This document shows positions 63,194-64,000 of a DNA stretch of 64,000 nucleotides, piece by piece. This DNA comes from Owenia fusiformis (taxonomy: Eukaryota). The stretch lies in contig CAIIXF020000001.1 of NCBI GenBank assembly GCA_903813345.2, forward strand, positions 46,128,001-46,192,000. The letters run 5' to 3'. The position numbers were made by a program, and so were the translations under genes. A model generated the notes under the pieces. That model was not told where the DNA came from and did not search any database. It worked only from the letters and a program-made list of their open reading frames with translations. How positions within the stretch are numbered: position 1 is the stretch's first letter; each line of letters begins with the position of its first letter.

Positions 63194-64000
63194 GGGGTCA
63201 ACCCAGTTGTCCGAAACCCAGTTGTCCGAAACCCAGTTTTCCGAAACCCAGTTCTCCGAAACCCAGTTCTCCGAAACCCAGTTCTCCGAAAATTAAAAAA
63301 TTAAATTTCTTAGTAACGAATCTTGTCGCAACCTCGCGAATCAGGACAGCATAACATTGGGATCACGTTGACATCGGTTAGCCCGGTCAATAATGGGTCC
63401 GAAAGTTCACGATCATATATATATTCTTACTAGATTCTCGGCACATAGACTTATATGGACATTCTACAAATTTTGAACCGCATTGTCCAGCACGAATCGC
63501 ACTCCTTCTTGGTAAAAATTCAAGACTGCCGCCAACATTTTAGACAATTATCACAGTCGAAGAGAATATTCTGGCGAAAGGAATATCTATCTCATTAGAA
63601 TAACGTATGGACGTCCGTGTCAATTATATAATATTCATTTGATAATTTTTTTCATTCCCTTTCCTCAATAAAATATGGTTAATTATGTTTTCCAATATCA
63701 ATTGATAATATTTCTACCCTGAAAAATATCTAAAAAGAAGATTTTGGTTGTTCAGTACCACCCATTGTTAAGATTTCGTCCAAATTTTTTTGAGAGGGAA
63801 TAACATTTTTCCAATGGGTGATGGGCGTTCATAAAAGGGAAATAGTTTTCCCAAGCCAGTGGGCATTTATTTAGTAAAGTTGACGTGTACATCTTTTGAA
63901 ACCAAAAATGATTTAGGTACTCTGTTCGAGAAATAGAGATTAAATTCAAAAAGATGAAGTGAGTACATGGCGAAAATGAAACTTCTTGCGAATGGGAGAA
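63194..64000 (-). mobile_element. End of a probable Mutator-like element with 15 bp terminal tandem repeats and decayed coding sequence
   Basis: GGGGTC followed by about 6 copies of AACCCAGTTSTCCGA; broken minus-strand frames (YLNHFWF..NAHHP) loosely resemble a MULE transposase C-terminus. Confidence 0.45.

Overview
AT-rich, intron- and repeat-rich genomic DNA from an invertebrate animal (probably a protostome or lophotrochozoan; this is inferred from the tRNA-iMet sequence and the repeat families). I reconstructed four protein-coding genes by hand from splice sites and phase continuity. (1) The 5' two exons of eIF3h (-), head-to-head with (2) UTP23 (+), the same divergent arrangement I recall for human. 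(3) An uncharacterised 7-exon gene (+, about 469 aa) with a low-complexity N-terminal half, a C-terminal half resembling the post-CHAT C-terminal domain of TTC28 with no TPR or CHAT, a terminal ETFV PDZ-type motif, and candidate alternative exons. (4) Twelve exons (678 aa, 5' end outside the window) of a LIV-1-family ZIP4/ZIP12-like zinc transporter (-). A tandem array of initiator tRNA-Met genes (6 intact, 1 with a deletion, 1 fragment) lies at 25.1-27.7 kb. Introns hold many non-autonomous elements: TA-flanked Tc1/mariner/pogo MITEs (several palindromic with two transposase 3' ends), CA..TG elements with 5-6 bp TSDs, and three families of Helentron-like satellite-bearing elements. One ZIP intron holds a four-level nest: a young 5'-truncated L1/Tx1 LINE split by a 6 kb foldback element that itself carries older MITEs. 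All homology calls are from memory of the families, not from database searches.
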